Of a DNA stretch of 64,000 nucleotides, positions 22,371 through 36,490 are shown in pieces (within the stretch, counting starts at the first letter, position 1; every line of letters starts with the position of its first letter). The DNA is from Bispira polyomma (lineage: Eukaryota). The DNA lies in assembly GCA_965649765.1 (NCBI GenBank), contig OZ287753.1, positions 68,944,001 to 69,008,000 on the forward strand. The letters are read 5' to 3'. Made by a program: the position numbers and the translations under genes. A model generated the notes under the pieces. The model was not told where the DNA came from and did not search any database. It worked only from the letters and a program-made list of their open reading frames with translations.

Positions 22371-22605
22371 GGGCATCAGTGGTATAACACTCACATTCCA
22401 CCTCTGCTGTCGTGGGTTCAAATCTTAATTGGCCCAGACGTGTATGTGGGAATGTTAAGAGTAGACATACTGAAGGCTGGAGGTTTGCAGAGTAGATAAA
22501 ACCTTGACCAACTGTTTGTCAACCCTGGTCTGATTTTCTTTAATAATAAGCTGCAGATCGTGATATGACACCAAACTTATTAAAAACAACGTCCATATTA
22601 ATATA
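22371..22605 (+). mobile_element. Degenerate tRNA-derived SINE
   Basis: A-box-like agtggtataa, B-box-like gggttcaaatc, tgtatgtgggaa core and acgtcca tail similar to the copy at 49275-49521. Confidence 0.55.
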
Positions 22606-22869
22606 AATTTGTACCTTTACATAAACATTAACACAGGTTTCAATTTGATTGACCTTGAAGTATCCTGTAATCATTTGTCAGAGGAAGCGCATATTGGTGC
22701 ACAAATATTGAACTCAAATGGGTGTGTTCAGACCCCAGTATAAGCCTACAGTTAAAACATTGGATTTAACTCTGGCCTAAACAAATGTCTGCATGTCTAC
22801 AGGCTAATAATATTGTATAGATAGCAAATATCATTGGCTTACATATGTTCCAATATTGTAAGAAAAAAT

Positions 22870-23085
22870 GGGAACCCGGTGGACTGGTTGTTTCTTTATA
22901 ATCACTGATATCTCACCAATGTGGGATTGAATCTTGTTCATTCCTTCATGGGGAAACGTTTATCAGGTACTTGCCGTGGGCTTGTGGTTTACAGCGCTTA
23001 AGCACTGGCTTCCTTCACTATTGAATCTAGTTATCATGATATGATCTCAACTGTTAACAGTAACGTCAAACCCAACTAAATCCAA
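22870..23085 (+). mobile_element. Degenerate tRNA-derived SINE
   Basis: Similar head/core (catggggaaa...acttgccgtgggcttgtggttt) and tail (aacgtcaaaccc). Confidence 0.45.
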
Positions 23086-24616
23086 AATTATAATTCCATT
23101 TAATGGTTCCGACATTTAACAAGGGAAGATTGTGTTGCCTGTTATTTTTGAATGGTTGATCTATGATAAGTTATATACATTGATAAAGTAATTTAAATAA
23201 TTACAAATTAATATTATGATAAAATTGTTAATTAATGAAGTAGATATTAAATCTGTATTTGACATTTTGTGAGTTTCTTTCTCTGTAGACATATTCAGTT
23301 GATAGAAAAAATACTTTTGCATGAAGGGATCATGTCACGTCCCTTACCCTCCAAACTAATAATGGATTAAATAATTGTGAATCAATTTTCATTTACAGTA
23401 AAGCTTTATTTGTTAAAACACCAAGCCCACTAAACTACACCACACAATATTTAGTTAAGTATAAAAACATATAAAATTAAACTGATTGGTGACTTTGCTG
23501 AACAACAAAGTCAATGAAAAAAAAATTGCCTAATGCGAATTGTTCACACACGTTTTGACTTTCAATATGTGTGATAAGAAAGACAGCCTAGTATGTTCAG
23601 ACACTTCAGCTTTTAACAGACACGGGCAGCATGTATTACCTAGTTAAGGATATCTTGATATCTATGTTTTTGATTAAGTGGCAATAAGTCACACCACACT
23701 TAAACTAAATGACTATTCGTTAAAAGCCCACATATACCATTTGGTTACTTTTTGGGGGCCAAGATACTTTATTGTAACATGCAAAAGATAATGCTTTGTT
23801 GATTTTTCCTGAGATGAATGTTTTTTTTTTGTGGTAAAGGAACATTCAAAAGCTACCTTTATTTCTAACATTATGTGCAAATTACATTTTGAGTAAACAG
23901 AGAAAAGTACATTAATTTTAATATTAATAACAAAAAAAGAGAAAAAAGTAGAAAGAACAAAAACAGAAAGAAAAATATATATTATACTGTAATTGTAAAA
24001 CAACAATAGTTAAAAGACATAGGCGTGTGAAATACAGTAACGTTGATATGGCCACTATATACTCAGGCCCTTCTCAGTTTGGATGGGTTGATTGCTCCCA
24101 ACCAATCCATGAAGGCCTTACATATTATTACTAAGATGGCAGTGGGGCTCTTTCAAAGATGACGTTCCCCTTATCAGAATGGAAACAATATTAGGCTATG
24201 CCTGATAAAAAGAATGATGTAAATTTTTACTGCACATCAGCCAGCTCAAAGACAAGCAACGAACATATTGCAAATTCACACGAACAATAGATTATGATAC
24301 TTGCATTGACGTTAATATCTAAATGTATGAGCAAACTAAATTTGGTTATCATTTTTTTACCCATATTCTAAATGCAGCCGTATCACTGATATAACAAACC
24401 ATTACAAATCATGACTTGGATAATAAACCACTTCAGTATGTGTACCTGGGTTTGCGTTTAAATATATAACTAAAGGTTTTATATATTTGTGCATTCAAGT
24501 ACATTATTCCTCGATTGCAAACATCACAGATTTTAAGTTGTACAAATATATCCACGGTGTATATTTTGAAGAAAGGACACACATTTATATATGTTATAGC
24601 ATTAATAGATCTGAGA

Positions 24617-27600
24617 ATGCTACGTCTTGTAGTAGGTTATACTGTGGGTATATACTTGTCTGTACTACTTACTGTGGTAAGTGGGTACTGCTACAATACA
24701 GACACAAACCCATATAGGTTTTATACCACTGAGACCAGATATGATACAGTACTGGACACGAAGGCCAGCACACACTTGAATACTTCACATATAGAAGGTG
24801 AGATAGTTGTTTATGTACTATAAAGTTATGAACTAAGATGTGTCGGTTTTAGTCTAATATTGTTTTTATTCTGAAAAGGGGTGCCACCATCTTAAAAATA
24901 ATAAGTATAAGGCCTTCATGGACTGGGTGGGAGCAATTGACTTGGCCAAACTTAGGGTGTGAGATTAATATTTGCAGGGGTGCTGAGCGTGATGGAGTGT
25001 AAAACTTTTGAGTTGTATGTGCAGGCATTCCGTTGTTAAATCGGTAAGGTGCCTGCTGGTGCTATTTCTTCTGTTTCATAACAATCATGGAAATGAGTGA
25101 CAAGGTAGAATTTTGACATATTCATATCCCATACTAGAATGTAGTAACCATATCAACGTTAGTATATTTTACACTGTGCACCGATATCTATTTTGTAAAA
25201 TACAACTCTTGTTTTAGTATAAAACTGTGGCACTCCTTAATCATCAGTACTTTAACACCCCCAGACCTACTTGGTAGGCATGCACTAGCCTAGATAATTC
25301 CTTAACAACCAGCTACTGGTTTCATGAACAAGTAAATCCTTGCTGCCAAACGCCTCAAGCGTAAAATGGAACACACCTGGCATCAAACCAATACAATCAT
25401 ATGCTGGAATTTTTCAAACATAGCCATTACACTAAGCTTGTTTCTACAAATCACGACAATCCAAAGAACCCAAAAAAATACTCCACAAATCCTCTACGGC
25501 TGTACTACCTATTGGGTCCAGTCCTATTTATAACGTAGAAAGTAAAAAAATCAAAATTGGTCATAAATTCTCATAAGCTCTCGCATTCCCTCATGGTGTT
25601 CCACCAGGTTCTGTATTTAGCCATCTTCTCTTTTCCATGTACACCACTCACCTCAGTAAAATATTCTCTCAGATTAACGTCACTCATCACCTGTATGATG
25701 ACGACACACAAATATATTTAGCATTAGATACAATAAACTTGGGCTCTAGCATATCAGAGTTGGCAAAATGACTTGAGGCTGTGCAAATATGGATGGAAAG
25801 TGTCAAGCTTAAACTCAATCCAGACAAAACTGAATTTATTACTATAGGTGACAATGCTACTTGAGACAGTTTTCAAACCATTCAGGTTCCTTGACTACAT
25901 TATGTCACCATCAAGTAAGGTAAATAACCTTGGTGTTATATTTGACCAAGACAACTCACAGAGTAGTCATGTAGCCATTGTCTGCCAGGCCTGCTACTAC
26001 CATTTACGGGATCTGTACTGAATACGCAGGTATCTCAGTCTTTTTATTCCCCCGTTTAAAAATTTATACACACCAGAACGCAACATAAAGAGTAAAGGGG
26101 TTGGGAAACCTCGCTCTGTGGTGTTGACAATTTGTAGCATCTCGCAGGATGCGTTTTTAGATATGAAACCAAAAGAAAGACATAGAACAACCATTCATAT
26201 GTATGTAAAAAAAACTTAAGAAGTCTCTATTTATCCTGTTCACAAAAGATAGATTTACTACTTGGAGAAAAACAATTTTTTGGAAAATATTTTAGTGATT
26301 GATGAAGTTAATTATTATATTTGAATAGTAAATTCATTTGTTAAATTGTTGTAAAGCTGTTAAAACTGTACATTGTACCTTATAGTGCAGATATATAAAA
26401 TCCTGGGTAATATGTTTTGACACTGAAAAACAACAAAAAGCCTCTTGATGAAATTAAGCTACTTGGAAACACAAATACCAGTAATGTGTTAGCAGGAAGA
26501 CGTCATTAGTATAGTGGTTAAACACTGGCGCCCCATCTCTACAGTGGGGGTTCCGTTCTCAGTCCCGAGATGTATGTGAGAAAGTTGGCAGGGCACTTGC
26601 TGAAGGCTGGTGCTTTAAATTAAAGTGCAGAAAACTATTACTAACTACCCAGCTATACTGTGCAATGACTAAGTCTGGTGAGTATTTGAGTATTTACATT
26701 TGTTAATACAGGCAAGTAATATTCAAAAATCATAAACTAATACAATAGATCCTCCATTATCTGAAGTTTTCTTATCTGAATATTCAATTTTAGGAACAAA
26801 ATTTTTATGTAGCAAGATGAATGTGTTGCTATTGTGTTATTCTACAATACATGTTCAATTTTATGCACCTTCTCTTATCCAAATATAGCTATTCACTCTT
26901 CCAAGGTATTTGGATAATAGGGGCTGTACTGTGTTGCCGTTGAAATGTACACAACCTGTATATATCCATGTGTAAAGTTTACACTGAATGACCTGTCCAC
27001 TGTAATAATGTATGTGATTAAGTGATGAATCATTTCTCCTACATTTAGGCTGTGAACCCTCTGTCTTCTACCTGCTGGCACGTCATGGCTCAAGATATGC
27101 CAATCCAGACACAATAGCAACTATGGCAGAAACACTACCGAAGTTCCAAGATATCATCACATCATCAGGTCAGTATATTTATCATTATATAGTGGTACCA
27201 TACCGGTTCACTCTCAGGACCAGTTCACCGATCAAAATAGTCAATATTTGTTTGTATGTTTATTTATTTTCAACACTGATGTTAGCAGTTTATACATGGC
27301 AATATACTTATTATTTCACCTTAAAATTGGGTGTGCTGGCTTTATTGGTAAACTACTAATTTTTAAAATCTTTTTACATTGTGGGCGTGAGCTGGCCCCA
27401 GGTGGGAACTGGCACAATATTAGTACTTGTTATAATATTAATACACAAATACGTTGAATGAGTTGCGAGCGTTGTATGCAACCAGTTATGATACTACTGG
27501 TGTTAAGGTTGTTCGCTACAATTTTTTTTCTCAAAAAAAAAATTTCAATATATTTTTATGAAAATTGCAGAAAATGTGCTTTATTCAATTGTCTGTGGGG

Positions 27601-30600
27601 AATGATGTGTCATTTTACCCTTTTAAAAGCCACTCTGCTATAAATATAATGTTTATCTTCAGAAAAATTCGAGATATTTCCTATTATTTCAATAGAAACA
27701 TAAGGTTTTGGGCCTTAAAAATTCCAAACAAACTGAAATTTAGAAAATTTAGTGCGGTGACCCCCTGTTTTTTTCTCATGTTTAGTTTCAGTTTGTAATT
27801 TACCACAACTGGTGGGAACAAAATAAAATTCTGTGGGGTGAAATTTTTTAAAAGTAACTTTTTATGAAATTTTTCCTTCCCAAAACAGCCTTTTCCATTG
27901 AAAACAATAGGCAAATGAATGGAAATGCATACTATATTCAAAGCTCTGTAGATTTTAAAAGAGCCTGGTGTGATATAGTTTTTTTAATATTTTGTTCAAC
28001 ATATTAATCAAGCTTTTCATAAAAATTTTTTTTTGAAAATCTGTCGGGTAAAAAAAAATGGTAGCGAACAACCTTGAGGTTGGATTCTCTGTAATAACTA
28101 ATAATCTGGTTTCATTTCTTAATTATAACTTGACAATTGCCTTTGCCTTTGGGTTGTTTTGGTCAAACAAGTTATTCATCTTCTTTTTGATATGATATCT
28201 GATTAGGCCTGTAGCTAAACCAAAGTTTGCACTGTTGTGAGTGCTCTTGTTGATTTAATCTCAAATTATTCCATTTCACTAAAATATGAATTACAGAGTA
28301 ACATAAATTTGTTATTGACAAACTCCTGCTTTAGAACAGTACTTGAGCAAGTAAGTAAACTTTCAAAATAAAAATAGCTTTGACCTTGGAGTAATTTATT
28401 AATCATAAATCTTATTTTGACAGCAGATAGTGTATTTTGTGGAGCTTTCATGTAGACATAGTGTGTACACCTTATGCCTTATTCTCTTGACATAGATGTG
28501 TTGCTGTGTGATGAAGATTTTGACGCGATTGAAGGATGGATGATGAGGATGCAGGAAAGTGACGGTCTACAACTATCAGACAGTGGCTGGCAAGAGCTAA
28601 GGGATATGGGTATTTTAAAACTGAGTTTTAAATATTAACAAAACAATTTTTTTTATACATTTATTGTAATTATCCAATATTTTTATATTTAGTGTAAAAC
28701 CTGCTCTAAAGTTTTTAAAATTTGATTTATATATATATATTTCATTTGTATCACTAAGAAACATTCCAGATATTACAAAAAAGTGTATCTGTCTGTCTGG
28801 CCTATGTACAGAAAAATGCATAGCTTTTATTTTCTTGACATATAGTTACATGGTGTACCTATTTATTCAAACTGTACTCACTTGGATCAAGTGGATCAAC
28901 TCACTCAATAATTCAACAGTTCATAAAATTAACCTACCTCTTGAAAATCTGCTGAACTCTACTGTACAACAGCGAGGAGTTAGAACATCTGGTTTCTTGC
29001 ATTTCCTTTTTAGTTATTTCAGTACCTTTACATAATCATATAGTATATGTTTCTCTATTTAGCACAAAGGTTTTCCCTAAGTTTCCCTGAACTTCTGGGA
29101 ATTCCCTATGACAGCTCGTGGTTTGAGTTCCTCCATACAGAAACGGTAAGAACTGGAGATTCTGCCAGGGCTTTCGCCGAGGGGTTGTTTGGGAGTTATG
29201 GTTAGTTATCAATGATCCATTACATTTTTACATATACTTTAAACGACCATTAATTATGTTAATTTAGTAATTTCATATTTTCCACATATAATGGAAGCAT
29301 TTTTAGAGCGCAAAATTGATGAGAACATCCCCATGGTTACTGATATCCAAAAATGGAAGGTAAAAGGGCTTGCACAAGGTCAGTACTAAAAAGCATCCAC
29401 CAGAGAAGGATGACTAAGGAGACAGTCTGAAAAGGTAAGTTTTCAGACGGCATATGAAACCAATGATTTTATCCTGTGATCTGACAGTCCGTGGGAGCTT
29501 TTTCCAATTAACAGTAGCCATGACAGCAAAGCCGTGTTTGTCGATTTTTCATTTTGGTCAGATTGAGGAAATGGAGCCAGGGCGTTTTCATTTATTCTCT
29601 AGAAACACACTATTCTATAATTTCAATAATACTATTACAAATTCCTTCTCTTGTACATGTTCTTTCATCAATCATTAATGATGTTACTGCATGTATGTGT
29701 TTAAAGTAAAGAGTCAGTTGATAGTTTTTTGAGCAATACACTTTTCAATATTTTATTTTGTGGTCAATCTACTCGAGGGGTATATGAATTTATGCAGATG
29801 ACGTTGACATACAAGAGCTTGAGAAGGATGGAGACTGGTTGCTTTACTTTTATGAGAATTGTGACAAGTACATAGATACGGTATGCTTGTCTGTACAGTG
29901 TTTGCACTATAAAGTTGGAAAATTAATTCACATTGAGTGACATTTGAAATATAATTAAAATGACTGTGTAAATGATAAGAATAAAAAGTGTTAAAACTGA
30001 AATATGTTACAATTATTACTCAGTAACAAAACTTTATTCAATTTCAAAATCACCCGTTATGAAGTCGTAGTTATTTTGCTCTTTAGTTTACAAAAGCTCT
30101 ATCATGTGTATTTCACTAGATATATTACCCCCTTATTCTTCCTTATATTTGAACTGTCAGGTACCAGACAAGATGCAAATGTATGAGGCTTTCAGAAATG
30201 GCCCAGAAATGGCAGAAGTTTTCCAAAGGATACAGAATAGAACTGGCATAGTAGTAGATAATGCTGGTATGCATGTCATAGCCACTATGATCTATATAGT
30301 CGATAATAACACAATTACTTGAGTTTGTAGGACTAAAGTCCAAGGGTGGACAATGATTCTTGAAGGGTTGCTGTATACCTATACAGACAGATATCTTGTC
30401 AAATCATGTTATTACTATTATTATCAGTTATTTTGTAGAGATGGCCAACTCTGATCAACGTTATTACTTCAACCTCACCTCAAATGTACTGGAATTAGTA
30501 AAATAGTACACTAAACTGTAATAGTTTGGAGAAAAACAAAGCAAAACAAAGCTATCATAAAAAGAAATATTATTTTTGTGACAGGAACAACTACGAGTAT

Positions 30601-33600
30601 CCGGCTGAGAGCCACTTATGTCATCAGCGGTCCCAGGCCTTGCCAGTTGAAGTAATGTTCAAAACTATGGACCTAGTATTAACATAATACCAGTAACACG
30701 CTACTTACTGATAATAATATAATTGATCATCAAATAAGTTATTTTTATAACCCCCATAAGTTTCCTATTTATTAATACCATATTTATTTTTGCCCCATTG
30801 TTTTAGCAAACATAGGTGATTCTAAATGAAAATATTGATGGCAAATAGGCAGAACTAAATTATATACTGGTAGAATGGTATGGGAATTTATATTTTTGCA
30901 TCATAATGCATCACTTCCGGAGGACTGAGTTTTAACCATTTTTTTTGTGGGCTTACTGGTTTAGGTAAGATTTAATATTATTACTGCGAGCGAAAATAGA
31001 AAAAGCTAGACAGTATTTAATATAACACCTTTTGAATAAATGACCCACTGCTAACTAGCTACTTGTTCATTATTTGCGAGACTAGTAAAATAATCTGTCC
31101 GTGTATTGGAGACACATGCACAGTAACTTTCTTTGCAGTGGCATTATTATGTTGTGGCCACCAAGCTCTTGTTGGATATTTAACCCGTACAAAAAATGCT
31201 TTTAAGGGAAAATGTCATACTTTTAGTTTAATATTTACACAATGGTTTATAATTAAAATTAGTTTTTCGTTTTGTATATGTGCAGATTAAAGGTGGTTTA
31301 TATATTAGGTTATACCAATATCACTCGTTGGTCATACCAACCAGACCTTTGATCTTCATATATATTTCCAACCATAATTCGGGCTTCTCCCTCACTAGCC
31401 TGTTTTAAAAAGCAGCTTAAAACCCACTTGTACAGTAAAGCATACCTAACTTAGTCTCAATCATCCCCCGGCGCGCTCTGTGGTGCTGACCCTTTTCTGT
31501 CCCTTGATTTTGGAAATTGGATTACTGTGTTTTGTGCTGGTGCGCTTTAGAGTCCCCTTTGTTAAGGAGGGATTAAGCGCGATAAAATTCTAATTACAAT
31601 TACAATTAACCAGAAAGTTGTTTTTGTCTCCAAGAACAATATCTTTTAAATCTTCAAATATCTACACACTTGGCACATGGTGCAGCATGGTTCCTATTCC
31701 ATAAAATACTTAATAAGGAATTATACTCATTGAGTATTGTATGAGATGCAAGACAGGGAGCCACAATAACCTAGGTTATTGATAGTTCATCACATAAACT
31801 TAATATGATATTATTTGTAGAAACCCTAGATCTTCTTCATGACTCTTGTTCCTTTGAGTACCAGGTGTATGATGATTCCCCTTGGTGTGCATCATTCATC
31901 CAGGAAGATTTAGAGGTGTATGAGTATGCGGAAGATATCCAATATCATTGGACAGATGGTTATGGTGATGCACTGAACTATGAACAAACATGTGAACTAT
32001 TTAAAGACATTGTTTATTATCTTAGGTAAAGTTTCTAATGAACATATCTTTTATGCATTTGTTTTTATTTTCTTCAAGTGTTATAACAGGCTGATAACAC
32101 AGCTTTGGAACTAATAAAACAAAACTGTTGTGGTCATGGTGCTGTATATGTGGTCAAGCATTATACCAGTTAAAGTTATTCTTGTAAGCAAAAGTTTAAG
32201 GATAGTAATGATATTTTGAGTTTATTATGAATTATTGTTGTAACAGAGTTGCATTCACACTTTCCAGTAGAATAATAGATCTTTCATTTGCATAGGTTTG
32301 TTCTATGATTGCAGTTTTAGAGATTATCAAGATTTAGTGTATCAAATTACAACTTAAATACCATAAATGAACACTTAAAGCTTTGGTAACATCATTTGGT
32401 CCGATGATTGTTTAGATTAGATGACAGAGCTTCCACACCTACCAGACATAGAGTTCTGACCAGATTTGCCCACTCAGGAGCATTGTTTATGCTCTTTGCA
32501 AGACTGGGGCTCTTTAATGATGGTTACAACTTGACAGATTCAGGGTATGAGACCAGTAAGGACAGGAAATGGAGAGCTAGTCTAATTAACCCAATGGCTG
32601 GAAATATAGCATTTGTCAGGTGGGTGTAGATTGTGTGTATGGGATAAATCAAGGCTCAGCTGTTTAGGGGTGATTATTGTGCTTGCAAATCGTCTTACAA
32701 TATATTGTATTTATGATATGTATTGAGTTATATTGGATCATTTTTCAGTGATATGTTTTCAAAAATAAATTTGAGTTCGAAGATCAAATATTGTTTCTGC
32801 CAATGCTTGCGCAGTAAAAGCCAGAGGCAGTACCAATATGTATCAGGTTATTTTTTCCAATTTCTTATTGCAATTTTTTTTATCCACTGTAATGTCAGTA
32901 TGACGTTTTTGTTGCTGATACGGGCCGGGTGATACAGTAAACTGTAACATCCGGCTCCTGTGAATGTGTAAATGATAACTGCAAGTACAGGAATTGGCAA
33001 TGTTTTTAATGCCATTTTGAATGAATATTTCAAATAGTAAAGTGATAAATAGTGTGATTAACATAAATATAAACCTTAAACAACATAATGGTATCTTAAA
33101 CTCGTTTTTAGTGCGTTATGAATGCATCTTTGAGGTTAATCCTTTATGGTAACAACTCTGTTCTTCTTGGCTTTCAGATTTGCATTGTGACGCCATAATA
33201 GAAGGTTTTGAAATGTAAACAAAACGATATAGACTTATGGGTTGTTCCAATGCTTGTGCACAGTAGTATGGGGTCAAAGGTAAAACGAGAGAGATATGAC
33301 GAGATTAATTGATTTCAATATTATATGTGGTTTGGGCTCGGTCCACTAGAGGTGGACACACTACGATTTGTAAGTATTATAGATACTCGGTACTTGCACA
33401 TGGACTTCTACTACAAAGCGAAAATTAGGAAATGCTTTATTATTATTATCATAGGAAAGCAAGATGGATGGAAATCTGAATAGATGAACTCTTAAATGAT
33501 TAAATATATTGTAGTTTGAATATGTGAGTGAAATATATCCGCGTATGAAGGTTCACCCTATTTTCGGCCTATTAAGCCAATAATCAACACTTTTGGTTTT

Positions 33601-34702
33601 CAGGCTATTTTTTTTAAGTAAGTTTCAAAATAAACTGATACTGGTCCAACATTAGGAAAGCATATGTTCGTTTACAGATAATAATTTAACCTCTATTTAA
33701 GACTAAAAGCGTGATAATGGCTGAAAATATGAGGAAGGCCGAAAATACGAGGATTAACCAACCATACTGGTGTATTATGTAGAATATATCAAAATTAGTC
33801 TGTCTTTTAAATGTTCAGAATATCAGCTGATATGCTCTGTTCCTAAATTACGAAAATGGAAATGTAAAATGTAAAGTATTATGTACTTTGTGATAGATGT
33901 CACGATTGTTAGTTAGAGTTGGAATGTATTTCCAAAATTGTTCAAAATGTTTTTTACAGTGGTTTTTCCAAGCCATGTAATGTTTATTGTTAAGATGCTT
34001 AAAAGAGTCATGTGTGTGTGGTCAGCCAAAGATGAAGTTGTAAGTTAAAAAAACAAACTTTTCTGAGCTATCAAAAGAGACAAAATATGTTATTTCGCAG
34101 TTATTAATCTAAATAATGACCTCACATTTTGACAGAAGATGCGAAAGTATTTATTCGTTGTAAAAATATTCCCTTTGTTGTTAAAGGGTGACAAAAGGGT
34201 GTTATCAAATTTCCGGGTTGAATTTAGATGCATATGAATTTACCATATATGTTTGTGGTGTTAATTGAGCCCATAAAATGACTGCAACAAGATAGTTTTC
34301 AACAGGCAAAAAAGGTTCTTGTTTAATATTAATCTGGTGAATTATTAGGGTACATATATAGTTTCAATATGTCCTGAAAGTTTACCATAATATGCAAAAT
34401 TCATGTCATCCTCAATTCTACACTGTTTATCTGGTAAATTATTGTGATTATGGTTTAGGTACAACTGCAGCAATGGCGAAGAGGACAAGGTTGCTGTATA
34501 TGTGAATGAGGAATTAGTCACGCTTCCCATTTCTCAGTGTACCGATGGAATCTGTCCTGTCAGTGCATTGATTGATGAATGGGTTCCTATCACAAGCACA
34601 TGCAATATTAATGATATATGTGATCTTCCAATAAGTGCAGGCAAACAGTTTAATGTATCGTTATTTGTGTTCTTTGTCAGTTTGATATTGGCTTGGTTCT
34701 AA
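24617..34702 (+). CDS. MINPP1: Multiple inositol polyphosphate phosphatase 1-like histidine phosphatase, 9 exons, 464 aa
   Basis: Exons 24617-24797, 27049-27168, 28496-28609, 29063-29200, 29798-29880, 30161-30266, 31821-32025, 32416-32619, 34459-34702: all GT-AG, phases consistent, 1395 nt without stop; signal peptide, RHGSRY, RTGDSARAFAEGLF, SPWC, LEVYEYAED, FAHSG, WRASLINPMAGN. Confidence 0.9.
25230..26050 (+). mobile_element. Degenerate L2/CR1-like LINE fragments
   Basis: WMESVKLKLNPDKTEF, NLGVIFD, CYYHLRDL remnants with deletions. Confidence 0.65.
26495..26640 (+). mobile_element. Partial tRNA-derived SINE
   Basis: agtatagtggttaa head, tgtatgtgagaaagttggcag...gctgaaggctgg core. Confidence 0.45.
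26743..26931. mobile_element. Tc1/mariner-like MITE related to 511-697
   Basis: Ends caatagatcctccattatc / ggataataggggctgtactg, same length and internal layout. Confidence 0.55.
27507..28073. mobile_element. MITE with GG termini and TTAA-like target (Kolobok-like)
   Basis: TIR ggttgttcgctac.atttttttt at both ends; flanks ttaa / ttga. Confidence 0.75.
31330..31608 (+). mobile_element. L2-type LINE 3' end
   Basis: FKKQLKTHLYSKAY stop, gcgctttagag...gattaagcgc stem, (ATTACA)n tail. Confidence 0.7.
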
Positions 34703-34769
34703 AATCATCAAAATTAGTTTCCTTTCATTACAAGTGTTGAATTATGATGAAGTATAAATTAATGACTTT

Positions 34770-35070
34770 AAGCTGTTTTCATGTATTAATTAAAATAAAT
34801 GGTCTAAGTTTAGACTAAGTATAGACTGTTTTCATATATTAAATAAAATTTATGGTCTAAGTATAGGCTGTTTTTGTGTATTAATTAAACTAAATGGTCC
34901 AAGTACAGACTGTTGTCATGTATTTATTAAACTAAATGGTCCAAGTATATGCTGTTTTCATGTATTAATTAAACTTAATGGTCCAAGTATATGCTGTTTT
35001 CATGTATTAATTAAACTTAATGGTCCAAGTATATGCTGTTTTCATGTATTAATTAAACTTTATGGCTTTA
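34770..35070. repeat. ~41-42-bp tandem repeat just 3' of MINPP1
   Basis: Unit gtccaagtatatgctgttttcatgtattaattaaacttaatg, about 6-7 copies. Confidence 0.85.
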
Positions 35071-35789
35071 AATTTAAGCTTCAATTCTAGGCTTAAACGT
35101 GGGCCCTGGTGGGAGAAATGTAAGTAATGACATATGCTGAGATGATTAACTCAGATATCAGATATTGTATTATGAGTTGTAGAGAAATTATGTTTCATCA
35201 CATTTAGCTGACATAAGTATACACACCACCTGGTTATCATGGCATCCCACCTACAGACCTTATGATGTTTTTTTAAATGTCCTGTATTGTAAGTTTTAAA
35301 CTTAGAAATTAATTGTGTGTCGTGATACAATTGAAGTAAGCCACACCTAGTCAATGGTTATTTCTACAATAATGCTCTTACAGCCAGTACAACCTTTCTC
35401 ACATGAAGGAACGAATGGGATCCATGCCCAGAGTGGTAAGAGTCCAGTGATTCTGAATCAGGCACTTCTAACCACTAGGCCCCTTTCGTCCCACACTAAG
35501 ACAACGCATTGTAAAAAATTGTGAGTTTGCATTTCTTGTCAACTCCTGTCAAGGACATTGACACAACAGTAAGAAGTCACAATTAAAACCAATTTTGACA
35601 GTTCTAAAGCAGTGCTAACCATACAAGACTTATAAGGAACTGCCAGAACAATATATGAGCTATAAATAATCTAGATCAATCATAACTCATAAGATCGTAT
35701 GACCTTTATAACCTCATTTGACATTTAAAAACTTAATGTGATCTTTCATCAATTCATGTGACCTGTTATTCTGACTTTTGATATCTTCA

Positions 35790-36490
35790 GGTGACTTTTC
35801 TTACGTGTATGTTGCTCAATATAAGACTCTCCCTGAAAGTGCCACTTCTGGGTTAAGGGTCGACACGGCACAGGTTGATGATTGCTTGAAAATGCTGGTA
35901 GGCAGTGGTGTCTGGATTGAAGATTGTTTCCCCGTGCTTATTGTCTGTGATCTCAAGGGTGTGGTTGAACGAGGAGTTGCTCCAAGGGAGAATGATGGTG
36001 TTGGCTTGAAACCTGCATTCCTGGATATGTGGCAGATACTATGCAGCCTGAGAAAGTCGAAGTTGTCCTCAACCCATGACTGCCTTGCAGTGTGATCTGG
36101 TGCAACTTGACCCGACTTTATCATGCTAAATGTTCTCTAGATCATTCTTTGGGATTAGAACCACTCTTTCACCTCGCTGGCATCTAACCCCTTGAAGACA
36201 CAGAACTCTGGCCACGTAATGTCCTTTCTCTGGGTGTCCTGGTAGATATGTATACAGCCACTCATGCTCTTTTAAGAAGTCTACCTACTAGCACTGTTCG
36301 CATGTTTCTGTTTTTCTGGCTCCTGCTGAAGCCAGCCACTTCACTGTCTCCAGCTGTGTCCTCTGTGTCTAGTAGGTCTTCAGTCCCTTCATCCTGTGTC
36401 ACTTCATTCGGTGTCCCTTGTGGAACCTCGTGTGAGTTTGGAATGGCCACATCTGCTCATGCTGCTGCTGCATCCCCCGTTCTCTCTAAT
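35790..36490 (-). pseudogene. MADF/Myb-like DNA-binding gene remnant (Harbinger-associated type)
   Basis: YQDTQRKDITW...VKEWF*SQR...KSGQVAPDHTARQSWVEDNFDFL pattern with stops and frameshifts. Confidence 0.55.
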
